Origin: an uncultured Candidatus Saccharibacteria bacterium
Lineage (GTDB): Bacteria > Patescibacteriota > Saccharimonadia > CAILAD01 > GCA-016700035
DNA length: 64,000 nucleotides
Assembly (NCBI GenBank): GCA_964613485.1
Contig: CAZTHB010000001.1
Span: forward strand, 21,064 to 85,063
Reading direction: 5' to 3'
The translations under genes and the position numbers were made by a program. Every line of letters starts with the position of its first letter. Positions within the stretch are counted from its first letter, which is position 1. The notes below the pieces were generated by a model. The model had not been told where the DNA came from. It saw only the letters and a list, made by a program, of their open reading frames with translations, and ran no database searches. Positions 47,094 through 57,603 of the stretch are shown here, one piece after another.

Positions 47094-47468
47094 ATGACAA
47101 ATGAGCAGCTCGCAATCAGGGCAAATTGCCCTGTGTGGGCCGTACAAGCCCTGAAGCAATATCACTTCACGCCAGACTCATGGACAGAAGAAGATGTTCG
47201 CACGATCCATATGCGGCCATCTCACCCATCAAAGCCGCACACCGTGGTCTTGGCCTTCCATCACGTCGGCGGACGCCTCTTCATGCGTAGCGTCATGCTG
47301 TCTTCAAGCGGCGTCATTCGCACCAGCTTGGTTCGTCCCCGTTCATCGTGCGGAGATCGTATTCCGCGCATCAGTTGTCGACCGGCTGTTGTGATGCAGC
47401 GAGATGCAGAAGCACTCGCAAAACTCGTCACGGGTAACACTCAAGAAGCTGTCCTCGTACTCGCCTAG
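47094..47468 (+). CDS. Hypothetical protein (124 aa)
   Basis: ORF with an aaaaaggtgg RBS, preceded by a noncoding leader of about 200 nt. Confidence 0.4.
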   Translation: MTNEQLAIRANCPVWAVQALKQYHFTPDSWTEEDVRTIHMRPSHPSKPHTVVLAFHHVGGRLFMRSVMLSSSGVIRTSLVRPRSSCGDRIPRISCRPAVVMQRDAEALAKLVTGNTQEAVLVLA

Positions 47469-47530
47469 ACGCCTTTTCTTTATTCATCAATTCGTCCCGC
47501 GGAGCTATACGCTTCTCGGGATCTTTTACA

Positions 47531-47977
47531 TTAAGACTCTCGGATCTTCATATGGTATTGCTGGAGAAACTGCGGCAGGAGCCCAATTGCTTGATCGTAG
47601 TCGAGTTCGTGTCCACTTAGTGTCTCAAATCCGGTTATTTTACCCAGTTTTGTTCCACTAAGATCCATCTTTTTCACCCCAACCTTACACTGGGACAGAT
47701 CAACCTCCCGCCAATCGCAATCAATAAATTTTACTGATTTAAACTCTGAACCCGCAAAGTCTACGTCTTCAAAGATGCAGTTGCGAAACTCAACTTGCTT
47801 GAAGTGACTCAGACGCCAATTTACCACCGAAAACTTGCAATCTTCGAAGACACTCTCGATCACATAGCTATCATGAGCATCAATCGCGGCATAGCGACAA
47901 TCTAATACATGCTGCCTGTGCCAGCTCGTACGTGTGAGCTTTTGATCGAGAAATTGCTTATGCGCGAGCTTAAACAC
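47531..47977 (-). CDS. Pentapeptide-repeat protein
   Basis: Tandem A(D/N)LxxA-like pentapeptides: FEDCKFSVVNWRLSHFKQVEFRNCIFEDVDFAGSEFKSVKFIDCDW. Confidence 0.7.
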   Translation of the reverse strand: MFKLAHKQFLDQKLTRTSWHRQHVLDCRYAAIDAHDSYVIESVFEDCKFSVVNWRLSHFKQVEFRNCIFEDVDFAGSEFKSVKFIDCDWREVDLSQCKVGVKKMDLSGTKLGKITGFETLSGHELDYDQAIGLLPQFLQQYHMKIRES

Positions 47978-48787
47978 TTATTTCTTCGGCTTCTCGACGC
48001 GCATATTCTCGAGTGCAAAGAACTTATTGATGTCATCAGTAGTGGGGAGCATTTGATTCGGAAAGATGATTGTCGAATTCTTCTCAACGGCGATTTCTGA
48101 GAGCGTTTGGAGATTACGCAACTGAAGCGCTACTGGGTGTTGTGCAATCTGATCTGCAGCTTGACTCAATTTATCTACCGCAGCAAGTTCACCTTCTGCA
48201 GCGATTACCTTGGCTCGCTTCTCTCGCTCGGCTTCCGCTTCCTTTGCCATCGCTCGCTGCATGCTCTCCGGCAACTGAATGTCCTTGATCTCGACAATAG
48301 TCACCTGCACACCCCATTCTTCAGTCTGCTTATCGATCACAGCCTTGATCTGCTCATTGATCTTCACTGTCTGAGACAAAATATCATCCAATGCAAACTG
48401 CCCCGCAATATTACGAACGCTGGTCTGAGCGATCTGATTCACCGCACTCGCTACATCAGCGATCGCTACAAGAGCCTTCGTGGCATCCACCACCTTATAG
48501 TACGCCACCGCGGCCACATCGATCGACACATTATCTCGAGTGATAATCTTTTGACTCACGATTGGCATAGTAATTGTCTGCAAACGCACTTTTCGTAGCT
48601 GATCGATGAGCGGGATTATGATCCGCAAGCCCGGCTCCTTCTCACCTACCACACGCCCGAGACGAAAGACGACACCTCGCTCATATTGCTGCACAATCTT
48701 CAGCCCAGCAATAATAATGACTAGCGCGATAATACCTAAAATCATAATCAGATCCATCAGATATACTCCCTTATATATGCCAACCAT
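47978..48787 (-). CDS. SPFH/band-7 (stomatin-like) membrane protein
   Basis: N-terminal TM helix, [15 protein letters not shown], then a coiled-coil [17 protein letters not shown]. Confidence 0.8.
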   Translation of the reverse strand: MVGIYKGVYLMDLIMILGIIALVIIIAGLKIVQQYERGVVFRLGRVVGEKEPGLRIIIPLIDQLRKVRLQTITMPIVSQKIITRDNVSIDVAAVAYYKVVDATKALVAIADVASAVNQIAQTSVRNIAGQFALDDILSQTVKINEQIKAVIDKQTEEWGVQVTIVEIKDIQLPESMQRAMAKEAEAEREKRAKVIAAEGELAAVDKLSQAADQIAQHPVALQLRNLQTLSEIAVEKNSTIIFPNQMLPTTDDINKFFALENMRVEKPKK

Positions 48788-48834
48788 ACACCACCGTTGA
48801 CCAACTTGTCACTATCTGGTATCATGGTCGGGTT

Positions 48835-49185
48835 ATGAAAGCCAATATCCATCCAGATTGGGTTGAGACCAAGGTTACTTGCCTCGGTTGCGACACTATA
48901 TTTATGAGCCACTCAACGGTTCCTGAGATTACAGTTGAAATATGCTCAAATTGTCACCCATTTTATACCGGTAAGCAGAAGCTTGTTGACACCGCAGGTC
49001 GTGTTGACCGATTTGAAGCACTCCGTAAGAAGTCAGCCGAAAAGCAAAAGACCGCCACTCCTAAAAAAGCTAAGTCCGAAAAGGCAGAAAAAGCTAAGGC
49101 AACTCTTGCTGATATCAAAAAAGAACTCAAGTCCGAGACAGTCAACACCAAGCCGGCGCATGACGCCTCACACGAAGAAGAATAG
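48835..49185 (+). CDS. rpmE: 50S ribosomal protein L31 (Zn-ribbon type) with K/A/E-rich C-terminal tail
   Basis: MKANIHPDW...CLGCDTIF...[13 protein letters not shown]. Confidence 0.85.
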   Translation: MKANIHPDWVETKVTCLGCDTIFMSHSTVPEITVEICSNCHPFYTGKQKLVDTAGRVDRFEALRKKSAEKQKTATPKKAKSEKAEKAKATLADIKKELKSETVNTKPAHDASHEEE

Positions 49186-49248
49186 CTCGCTACTCACACG
49201 TCTCACGACGCCCAGTATAAGGGCGTCGTTTGCGTATACCTGATACAA

Positions 49249-50331
49249 TTGCCAGTAAGGAACCATATGATAGATCAAACCGTTATCGACAAAACTAAAG
49301 CCCGCCTCGAGGAACTCGCCACGCAACTCGCACAGCCTGAAGTATATGCTAGTGCTCAAGCAGGTGCGCTCGTCAACGAACAACGCGAACTGACCGACAA
49401 GCTAGCGTTATTTGAAGCTGTCCAAAAAACCGAACAAGAACTCGAGGAGGCCCGACAGCTCATTTCCGACCCTGAGATGGGTATGCTAGCAAAAGAAGAA
49501 ATCCCCGAGCTGGAAACTCACCTCGCTGAGCTACAAGACAAGGTACGTATCGCACTCGTACCGACCGACCCGCATGACGCTAAGACAGCCATCATCGAGA
49601 TTAGGGCCGGTGCCGGTGGCGACGAGAGCTCACTCTTTGCCGGAGAGCTCGCTCGCCTATACGCGCGGTTTGCAGAAACCCACGGCCTAAAGCTCACTAT
49701 GCTCTCAGATAGCCCAAATGAAGTCGGCGGCTTCAAAGAAGTCATCTTTGAAGCCAGCGGCCCAAATGCCTATGGGCAATTTAAGTACGAATCTGGTGTC
49801 CATCGTGTCCAGCGCGTGCCCGCCACCGAATCACAAGGCCGCATCCACACTTCCACCGTCACTGTTGCAGTACTTCCGGAAGCTGAAGAAACCGAAATTG
49901 AAATCGCCGACAACGAGATTCGCGTCGACGTTTATCGTTCGAGTGGGAATGGCGGCCAGAGTGTAAACACTACTGACTCAGCGGTGCGCCTCACACACCT
50001 CCCAACAGGCATTGTGGTCACCTGTCAGGACGAAAAAAGCCAGATCAAGAACCGTGCCAAGGCCCTAGCCGTCTTACGCTCACGCTTGCTGGCTCTCGAA
50101 GAAGAAAAACGCCGCCAAGAGCTTGGTGACGCTCGTTTGAGTCAAATTGGCACAGGAGATCGATCTGAGAAGATCCGTACCTACAACTTCCCGCAAGACC
50201 GCATCACCGACCACCGCATTGGGTTTACAACACACGGACTTACACGCTTCATGGATGGCGAAGTAGACGAACATCATACCGCTCTCAAAGAAGCCGATAT
50301 CGAGCGTGCTCTCGCCCAACAAGCCTCATGA
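49249..50331 (+). CDS. prfA: Peptide chain release factor 1
   Basis: PAT tripeptide ([10 protein letters not shown]) and the GGQ motif. Confidence 0.85.
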   Translation: MPVRNHMIDQTVIDKTKARLEELATQLAQPEVYASAQAGALVNEQRELTDKLALFEAVQKTEQELEEARQLISDPEMGMLAKEEIPELETHLAELQDKVRIALVPTDPHDAKTAIIEIRAGAGGDESSLFAGELARLYARFAETHGLKLTMLSDSPNEVGGFKEVIFEASGPNAYGQFKYESGVHRVQRVPATESQGRIHTSTVTVAVLPEAEETEIEIADNEIRVDVYRSSGNGGQSVNTTDSAVRLTHLPTGIVVTCQDEKSQIKNRAKALAVLRSRLLALEEEKRRQELGDARLSQIGTGDRSEKIRTYNFPQDRITDHRIGFTTHGLTRFMDGEVDEHHTALKEADIERALAQQAS

Positions 50332-51149
50332 CGGTCAAGACTGCCCTCGAACTTGCGATGGTCACACTTACTGATGCACAGATCATCGGTGCCCGTACCG
50401 ACGCCGAACTCATTCTCGCGCACGTACTTCAGCAAGACCGTGCCTGGCTCCTTGCACACGAAGATGATTCATTGACTCAAGCCCAGGAGAAATTGACTAC
50501 TTCGCTTGTTCAAAAACGATCATTGCGTCAACCGCTAAGCTATGTGCTAGGCACAAGAGAATTTGCTGGCCTAGACTTCAATATTGACTCACGCGCACTC
50601 ACACCTCGTGTCGAAACCGAAACAATTGTGGAACAGGTAACAAAAAATGCGCCCCAGCATTCAAGTGTGCTAGACGTCGGTACAGGTTCTGGAGCCATGG
50701 CAATATCACTCAAACACCTACGGCCAGACCTCATAGTTAGCGCAAGCGAGGTATCGCTTGAGGCTCTTGATCTAGCTCAGGAAAACGCCGCCAGACTATT
50801 GCCGCATCAAGACGCAGTGGACTTCATACATTCGGATTTACTAGAAGCCGTCCACGGTTCATTCGACATCATTGTAGCAAATCTCCCATACGTGACTCGA
50901 GCTATGGAATTATTACCAGAAGTTCAAGCCGAGCCCGACGTCGCGCTCTTCGGCGGCGCGGACGACGGGCTCGATCTCTATCGCAGATTTTTCAAACAAC
51001 TTCCCAAGCACCTCAAGCATAGCTCTGAGCTATGGATTGAGTCTGACCCATGGCAACAACCTGAGCTTATAGACCTAGCTAGCTCCGTCGGCTTACAAGC
51101 TAAGTTTCAGGACTACTTTATACTCGGCTTCAAACACATTACTGAGTAG
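50328..51149 (+). CDS. prmC: Release-factor glutamine N5-methyltransferase PrmC/HemK
   Basis: Overlaps the prfA stop. SAM motif [13 protein letters not shown] and IVANLPYV (NPPY-like). Confidence 0.75.
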   Translation: MTVKTALELAMVTLTDAQIIGARTDAELILAHVLQQDRAWLLAHEDDSLTQAQEKLTTSLVQKRSLRQPLSYVLGTREFAGLDFNIDSRALTPRVETETIVEQVTKNAPQHSSVLDVGTGSGAMAISLKHLRPDLIVSASEVSLEALDLAQENAARLLPHQDAVDFIHSDLLEAVHGSFDIIVANLPYVTRAMELLPEVQAEPDVALFGGADDGLDLYRRFFKQLPKHLKHSSELWIESDPWQQPELIDLASSVGLQAKFQDYFILGFKHITE

Positions 51150-52305
51150 CGGGGCTGGCCTCAAACGTTACTTTGACAGTCTGCTCCTTGCCATCTCGAT
51201 AATACTTCACATCCACCGTTTGCCCAACCTTATATTGCACAACTACTGTCGAGAGCGGTGATTTTGTATTCACATCTTTGTCGCCAATTCGAGTAATGAT
51301 ATCACCCTCTCGCAAGCCTGCCTTTTGGGCGGGGCTATTGGATATAACGGCCAGAGTTTGATCATCGCCGCGTAATAGTGCGCCTTCTTTGATTGGTAGA
51401 TTATTACGCTCGGCAAATGCCTGAGTAAGCATGACGTAGCGTACGCCGATATATGGGCGCTCTATTTTACCGGTAGTCTTCACTGTATCAAGCGTAGACT
51501 TCACTTCGTTTATCGGGATCGCAAAGCCAATATTCTGTGCATTCTGTCCCGCTATTGCAGTATTAATGCCGATTACTTGCCCATCAATATTCAGAAGTGG
51601 CCCGCCGGAGTTGCCAGGATTAATCGCAGCATCGGTCTGAAATAGATTTGCCAGTCGCTCCGTGCCGCCACTACCGTCAGATGCTTCTATCGGACGACTC
51701 TTGCCGCTAATCACCCCGGTCGTGACGGTATTTGCAAATTGCCCCAATGCGTTCCCGATCGCCACCACACGCTGCCCCACCTCTACTTTGTCACTATCAC
51801 CCAAATCAGCAGCCTGGAGGCCGGTCGCTTCAACTCGAAGATAGGCGACGTCATTCGAAGGATCTGTTGCGACCAACTTCCCGTCATACTGCTTACCATC
51901 AGTCAGGGTCACTTTGAATGAACTCGCACCCTCAACGACATGCTTATTCGTGAGTATGAGACCATCACTCGTGACAATCACGCCTGTACCTGCACCTTGC
52001 TGAGATTGGTTGAGGCCAAAGATACTCTGTACCTGACTACTTGTATTAATACTCACCACGCTAGCGCCAGCTTTCTTGACCAGATCAATCGTAGCTGAGT
52101 TTTCCTGCAAGGTGACTTGCTTATTCTGTGCTACAAGATTCGCGACCGGAGTATCCTTCGTTGCGTATCCATACAAACCGGCACCCAGCACCCCTGAGAT
52201 AAAAGAAATTAAAACCATCATAGTCAATGATAGTGTCTTGCGGACCGACTTTGCGGCAGTTCGCGATCGTTTTGGTGTAATGGGTGTTGTTGAATCTGTT
52301 TCCAC
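51139..52305 (-). CDS. htrA: HtrA/DegP-family serine protease (trypsin domain + PDZ)
   Basis: Catalytic TNKHVV (His) and GNSGGPLLN (Ser), with a C-terminal PDZ domain. Confidence 0.85.
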   Translation of the reverse strand: METDSTTPITPKRSRTAAKSVRKTLSLTMMVLISFISGVLGAGLYGYATKDTPVANLVAQNKQVTLQENSATIDLVKKAGASVVSINTSSQVQSIFGLNQSQQGAGTGVIVTSDGLILTNKHVVEGASSFKVTLTDGKQYDGKLVATDPSNDVAYLRVEATGLQAADLGDSDKVEVGQRVVAIGNALGQFANTVTTGVISGKSRPIEASDGSGGTERLANLFQTDAAINPGNSGGPLLNIDGQVIGINTAIAGQNAQNIGFAIPINEVKSTLDTVKTTGKIERPYIGVRYVMLTQAFAERNNLPIKEGALLRGDDQTLAVISNSPAQKAGLREGDIITRIGDKDVNTKSPLSTVVVQYKVGQTVDVKYYRDGKEQTVKVTFEASPATQ

Positions 52306-52336
52306 GATTACCTCCGAGTGTAATAATAAGTGTTAA

Positions 52337-53149
52337 TTATATTGGCATCACTAATAGAACAATAAATGCAATGGCGCACATCATACCATACTCGAGCACA
52401 AGCGACTTGGAGAGCTTTCGTCGACTATGTAATTGCATCATAAAGCCCCAAGCATACGCAAGCACCAATACCATCAAGCTCGAGCGCGTGATGAGCACGC
52501 CCCAGTCCTTAACCGGACTATAGACCGTGATGGCAAAACTAGATAGCCATACTAACTCAAGCGAAACTAATGCCCAGATTGCCGGTACAAACGAGTTATG
52601 AAAGCCCATTCGCTCTAGCCAATAATGAGCCAAAATATACTGACCAACCCAAAGCATGGTCATCACAAGCCAAACGAGTTCAGGTGCAAGCACCAACCAA
52701 AGTCCTGCTATAGTATGCAAAAGAGTGACTGAGAACAAACTGTGAAGACTTTGGTGAGCGGTCTGATTTGGATCAAACTGCGCCAGAAGAAACCTCACCT
52801 GCCAAACCATCGCGACTACCAAGATCAGCGAACGAACACCAAGCCCTGTCTGATAGGCGCCCTCGAGTAACACCGTATACGCGATGGCCATACCGACGAT
52901 CATAAGTGGCTCGAGTGAGCGCATAATCACTACGAGTACTGTGCGATGAACCAAGAGACGTCGCACGGTCCATAGCGTAACGAGTGTCGTTAGCACAATC
53001 GCAAGCGGCCAAGCCTGCCGTAATAGCCCAATCGCTAACGAAATAGATAGAAGAAATATATGCGCAATCAATGTACGTTGCGCAAGAATGAGTCGTGGCT
53101 TGTGTTTTGCAGTTCGGTGCTTACCGACCCGCTGCATTCGTTTCCCCAT
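52337..53149 (-). CDS. Polytopic membrane protein, hypothetical
   Basis: 270 aa with at least 7 hydrophobic helices and no recognisable motif. Confidence 0.45.
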   Translation of the reverse strand: MGKRMQRVGKHRTAKHKPRLILAQRTLIAHIFLLSISLAIGLLRQAWPLAIVLTTLVTLWTVRRLLVHRTVLVVIMRSLEPLMIVGMAIAYTVLLEGAYQTGLGVRSLILVVAMVWQVRFLLAQFDPNQTAHQSLHSLFSVTLLHTIAGLWLVLAPELVWLVMTMLWVGQYILAHYWLERMGFHNSFVPAIWALVSLELVWLSSFAITVYSPVKDWGVLITRSSLMVLVLAYAWGFMMQLHSRRKLSKSLVLEYGMMCAIAFIVLLVMPI

Positions 53150-54503
53150 AGGACCCCCCGATTTCTATTATGATATCAGCATCAGACTGACCAGCGCTAT
53201 TCTTTTCTGCGATGACTTTCAGACGATTCTCTAAATACTTCAACGTGAATGGCTTCTTGCCATCTGACTTATCGATTAGTCTAGCTGCTAGATCGGCTTG
53301 TACAGGTACTGTCTCGACTCCCCCGACCTGGTAATTATAGCTTTCGAGTATCTGCTTAAGCGCCTCGCCCTGTCTTCTGCCCGAAGCGTCAATAATCTTA
53401 ATTCCCGCCCGTTCGGACAAAATATATCGATCGGCAAATAGCTTATGTACGAAACTCTGAATTTCTGCAAATTTGCCCGAACCAGCATTCGGAACCACTA
53501 CACTTGCGCCATTGATGTTTGTGGCGTAGACCAGCTGCGTAGTATCAGTATCGATCACCTTTGTTTGCATATCCACAGGTTCAACTTCTTGCAATATCCC
53601 TGCAAGGTTCTGTATTTCGCTTGTCTGCAAGTCTGTCTGTGCATGCTTGCCTACTACATCCATTAAACCAGCGAGCTTCAGAGGATTGGCGAGAGTAGAA
53701 GCAGTCAATGCCTTCTCCCGCAGTGCAACCAAGATCTGCCCCTGCCGGGCAGAGCGACCATAATCATTGCCGCAAGTCCCCTTACGACAACGCACATACT
53801 TGAGAGCAACATCACCATTCAGCAGTTGATTGCCGGCCCTTAGAGAAAAGCCACACGCTACCCGTTCATCTTTATCGCAAGGGTATTCATTGTCATAGAG
53901 ACTCTCGGCAACTTGCACTTGCACTCCGCCTAATGTATTGACGATCTTTTTAAAGCCAATGAAGTCCAGGCGGGCGTAATAATGAATTGGAACATCCAGT
54001 ACAGATCCAGCAACCCGCTTGGCCAAATCCGGCCCACCGTATGCGTGAGCGGCATTGATCTTATCGTACCCATATCCAGGTATAGGTACATAGAGATCAC
54101 GTGGGATACCGATGGTCGCGACCGACTTCGTCTTTGTATCGATACTTGCTACCATCATAGTATCTGAGAGCCCTGACCCGGCGTGATTGGCGTCCCCGAC
54201 GCCGAGTAGCAGTATATTTACGCGTGATTCGCCCTCACCCTTCAGCGTAGCAAGCTCTGGATCAGGCGCGTTATTTTGAAGTGCGGTCGTCGTTGGGCCA
54301 ACGTGCTCCACCACAACATGATGCAACGCTGCCCATGCCTTATATGCAAGAAAAGTTGCTATAAATAAGGTTGCCCCAAAGACAATCAAGCCGATCCGTT
54401 GAGCTATTCGTCGCCATGCATGACGTTTATGAAATGAGTGAGCCGACTGTCCAACTCGATCGTTCGGTGGGTTTGTATTTTGCGTTTGTACACGACCAAT
54501 CAT
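53121..54503 (-). CDS. LytR-CpsA-Psr (LCP) family cell-wall polymer ligase
   Basis: NILLLGVGD...SDTMMVASID...IGIPRDLYV plus a C-terminal LytR_C-like region. The start is probably the internal MIGRVQ. Confidence 0.75.
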   Translation of the reverse strand: MIGRVQTQNTNPPNDRVGQSAHSFHKRHAWRRIAQRIGLIVFGATLFIATFLAYKAWAALHHVVVEHVGPTTTALQNNAPDPELATLKGEGESRVNILLLGVGDANHAGSGLSDTMMVASIDTKTKSVATIGIPRDLYVPIPGYGYDKINAAHAYGGPDLAKRVAGSVLDVPIHYYARLDFIGFKKIVNTLGGVQVQVAESLYDNEYPCDKDERVACGFSLRAGNQLLNGDVALKYVRCRKGTCGNDYGRSARQGQILVALREKALTASTLANPLKLAGLMDVVGKHAQTDLQTSEIQNLAGILQEVEPVDMQTKVIDTDTTQLVYATNINGASVVVPNAGSGKFAEIQSFVHKLFADRYILSERAGIKIIDASGRRQGEALKQILESYNYQVGGVETVPVQADLAARLIDKSDGKKPFTLKYLENRLKVIAEKNSAGQSDADIIIEIGGSYGETNAAGR

Positions 54504-54582
54504 ACGAGCAGTATAGCTGAAGATAGGCACAACCGCTATCTCGCACGCTATTTCAAAAACAGGTATACTAGACAAGATAACT

Positions 54583-55446
54583 ATGCAGCCAAACGACCCA
54601 TTACAGCAACCAACAACACCAGCCCAGCCACAGCCAGCTCCGCCCGCAGTGCCACAAGCTGGGCAAGCCATGCAGCAGCAACCGTTTCAGCAGCCCGTCA
54701 CTCCAACCGTACCACCGGCTCCCGTGTCAGTCCAACAACCTGCCTCAAACCTCTCCCCTGCGCCGCAAGCCGAGCCTACGCCAGACTCGCAGGATGACAC
54801 CGAACCAAGTGGGCCGCCAGCTTGGCGACGAGCACTCGGGTTCATTATTTCCTGGATTGTCATTCCTGCAGTTCTCGTATTATTCGTACATAACTTTGTC
54901 TTTCAAGCCTGGTATGTCGACGGCGAATCTATGGAGCCAACATTTAGCAATGGCGACTACTTGATTGTGTCAAAGTGGGAAACAAGCTTTAAGAAACTCA
55001 CCAATCAAGCGAATAATATTAGCTTGCAGCGTGGTGACGTAGTGATATTCAACCCACCCGGCTATACCGGAGATATATACTTTATCAAGCGTGTCATTGC
55101 CTTACCTGGCGAGCGGGTTGTCGTCAAAGACGGGTACATTAGAATATATAATGCCGAGCAGCCCAATGGATTCATTCTCAATGAAAGCTACACAGACAAT
55201 ATTCGCCTTGAAGGTGATGTCGATCGGACGATTACTGAAGGAAGTATTTTTGTAGTCGGCGACAATCGTAACCCAAATGCCAGCCACGACTCACGCGCTA
55301 TGGGGCCTATACCAATGGATCACATCATCGGGACTGCTAATTTGCGCCTCCTGCCCGTAAGTCAGTTTGGACAAGTAGAACACCCAAATTATGATTCAAA
55401 CTCAGCAAATACGAACCTACGATCAGTAACCAGTCCTACTCGATAG
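54583..55446 (+). CDS. lepB: Signal peptidase I (S26) with Pro/Gln-rich N-terminal extension
   Basis: GESMEPTF (Ser box), FIKRVIALPGERV (Lys box), VVGDNRNPNASHDSR. Confidence 0.85.
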   Translation: MQPNDPLQQPTTPAQPQPAPPAVPQAGQAMQQQPFQQPVTPTVPPAPVSVQQPASNLSPAPQAEPTPDSQDDTEPSGPPAWRRALGFIISWIVIPAVLVLFVHNFVFQAWYVDGESMEPTFSNGDYLIVSKWETSFKKLTNQANNISLQRGDVVIFNPPGYTGDIYFIKRVIALPGERVVVKDGYIRIYNAEQPNGFILNESYTDNIRLEGDVDRTITEGSIFVVGDNRNPNASHDSRAMGPIPMDHIIGTANLRLLPVSQFGQVEHPNYDSNSANTNLRSVTSPTR

Positions 55447-55454
55447 AGCACAAT

Positions 55455-56351
55455 CTAGAGCAGGTCTGTTCCTGTAATCTGTTCGTAAATACGCTTTAGC
55501 TCTTCTTCTGAGTAAAATCGGAAGCTTACTTTGCCGCCCTTTGATTGCAAGCTAATATCAACCTTGGTGCCAAGATGCTTCGCTAAGCCATCTGTTACAG
55601 TCCGATATGACTGCTGCGTCTGCTCGACTCGCTTTGACACTAATTGCTTATCTTTCTTGAAATTTCTTGCCAGATCTTCGGCCTGCCGAACCGTCAGCTT
55701 CTTCTTGATTATCATCTCAAGCATTTCTTGCTGCTGAATAGGGTCATCGATCGAAAGAATCATGCGGGCATGCCCCTCGACGATCTTACCTTCCTGCAAT
55801 GCCTTCTTTGCTTCATACGGGAGCTTAAGGAGTCGTATAATATTGCGTACTGTTGGCTCAGCCTTACCGACACGCTTCGCGATCTGATCGACTGTGAGAT
55901 TAAACTGATCAACGAGTTTCTGATAAGCAACTGCCAGCTCAAGAATGGTCAGCTCAGCACGCTGAATGTTTTCAATCACTGCAATTTCTAACTGCTGCTG
56001 CTCGTCAAAACTACGGATGATCGATGGCACGGTTTTTTTACCGGCCAGCTGTGACGCTCGCCAGCGACGCTCGCCAGCGATCAACTGATAACGCTTACCG
56101 GCGCGAGTCAGAATAATCGGCTGCACGACACCGTGCTCTTTGATTGATGCCGCTAGTTCATCGAGATCTTCTTGTACAAAATCTCGTCTCGGCTGGAATG
56201 GGTTTGGATCAATCTCTTCCAGCTTGATCTCAACCACCCGCATATCATCGAGCTGCAAAGTCTCCGAGACTTCGTGTGACGCAAACTCATCGATTGCCGT
56301 TGGGATCAATGAGTCTAGACCTTTACCGAGACGACTAATTGGCTTTGACAC
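55455..56351 (-). CDS. parB: Chromosome-partitioning protein ParB/Spo0J
   Basis: ParB box: EIDPNPFQPRRDF...GERRWRA and an HTH region. Confidence 0.85.
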   Translation of the reverse strand: MSKPISRLGKGLDSLIPTAIDEFASHEVSETLQLDDMRVVEIKLEEIDPNPFQPRRDFVQEDLDELAASIKEHGVVQPIILTRAGKRYQLIAGERRWRASQLAGKKTVPSIIRSFDEQQQLEIAVIENIQRAELTILELAVAYQKLVDQFNLTVDQIAKRVGKAEPTVRNIIRLLKLPYEAKKALQEGKIVEGHARMILSIDDPIQQQEMLEMIIKKKLTVRQAEDLARNFKKDKQLVSKRVEQTQQSYRTVTDGLAKHLGTKVDISLQSKGGKVSFRFYSEEELKRIYEQITGTDLL

Positions 56352-57096
56352 GCGCTAATACCTCCTTTGCGAGTGACTTATACGCCCTCGCCCCCTTACT
56401 AAATCGATCATAATCAATAATTGCCTTTCCGTGACTCGGCGCCTCTGCTAAGCGCACGTTACGTGGGATCACTGTAGAGCATACCATATCCGGGAAATGA
56501 TGCTCGACTTCTTTTGCTACTGCCGTAGAGAGCGAGGTACGGGCAGAGAACATCGTCAAGACCACGCCTAGCAGCTGCAGGCCAGGATTTAATGCTTGCT
56601 TCACTCGCTGCATGGTCGTAAGTAGTTGCCCAAGCCCCTCGAGTGCAAAATATTCGGCCTGAACCGGGATCAATAGGTATTGTGCCGCAGTCAAACCATT
56701 GACCGTCAATAGCCCCAACGATGGCGGGCAGTCAATCAAGATAATGTCATACTGCAGGCTCTCGAGGGCTTGTTTTAGCCTCATCTCTCGATGCTGCATA
56801 GGCGCGAGCTCAACTTCGGCGCTAGCCAGCACCGGACTTGCGGGCAGTACATTCAGATTTTTATAACGTGTTTTATGAATGAGACTATTTGGATCAACGC
56901 CCCCAACCAAGACATCATACAAGGAAGCTGGCAAGCTATGCTTATCTATGCCCAAGCCCGAGGTCGCATTAGCTTGCGGATCTAGATCGACCAGTAAAAC
57001 TGACTGCCCAAGCTTTGCCAAGTAAGCTGCAAGATTGACGGTAGTCGTTGTCTTCCCTACACCACCTTTTTGATTGACGACCGCAATGATTGTCAT
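56335..57096 (-). CDS. parA: Chromosome-partitioning ATPase ParA/Soj
   Basis: Deviant Walker A KGGVGKTTT, 253 aa. Confidence 0.9.
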   Translation of the reverse strand: MTIIAVVNQKGGVGKTTTTVNLAAYLAKLGQSVLLVDLDPQANATSGLGIDKHSLPASLYDVLVGGVDPNSLIHKTRYKNLNVLPASPVLASAEVELAPMQHREMRLKQALESLQYDIILIDCPPSLGLLTVNGLTAAQYLLIPVQAEYFALEGLGQLLTTMQRVKQALNPGLQLLGVVLTMFSARTSLSTAVAKEVEHHFPDMVCSTVIPRNVRLAEAPSHGKAIIDYDRFSKGARAYKSLAKEVLARVKAN

Positions 57097-57242
57097 AACA
57101 CCCTCATTATCTGACCATTATACCAATAAATCAGATGGCTGCGGAGTGTGACTCAAGTAGAATTACACACCCTCTTTACATTCTATATCTGGTTTGCTAT
57201 GATTATTCATTGTCTAAATAAGTAAGAAAGAGATACGAATCT

Positions 57243-57548
57243 ATGTTAGCTGTAATTGAAACTGGATCGAAGCAGTACTTGGTGGAGCCAGGTCAAACGA
57301 TCCGCACAGAGCTCGTTTCGAGCGACAAAGAAATCGTCTTTGAGCCACTTATGGTCATCGATGGCGATGATGTAAAAATCGGCTCACCAATCGTAGCTGG
57401 CGCCAAAGTCGTAGCCAGCATCGAAGCTGCTGACGAGAAGGCCGATAAAGTACGGGTACTGAAGTTTAAGGCAAAGAAGCGCGAAAAAACCCTTCGTGGG
57501 CACCGCCAGCACTACAGCCTACTTAAAATCACAGCCATCACCGCCTAG
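57243..57548 (+). CDS. rplU: 50S ribosomal protein L21
   Basis: MLAVIETGSKQYLVEPGQTI...KVRVLKFKAKKR. Confidence 0.85.
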   Translation: MLAVIETGSKQYLVEPGQTIRTELVSSDKEIVFEPLMVIDGDDVKIGSPIVAGAKVVASIEAADEKADKVRVLKFKAKKREKTLRGHRQHYSLLKITAITA

Positions 57549-57573
57549 CAATTGCACTTGCACGTGCTACCAC

Positions 57574-57603
57574 AAAACAACCCCCGATCGGGGTTGTTTT
57601 GCT
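57574..57603. terminator. Intrinsic terminator (bidirectional) after rplU and the lipase gene
   Basis: aaaacaacccc-cgat-cggggttgtttt. Confidence 0.7.
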
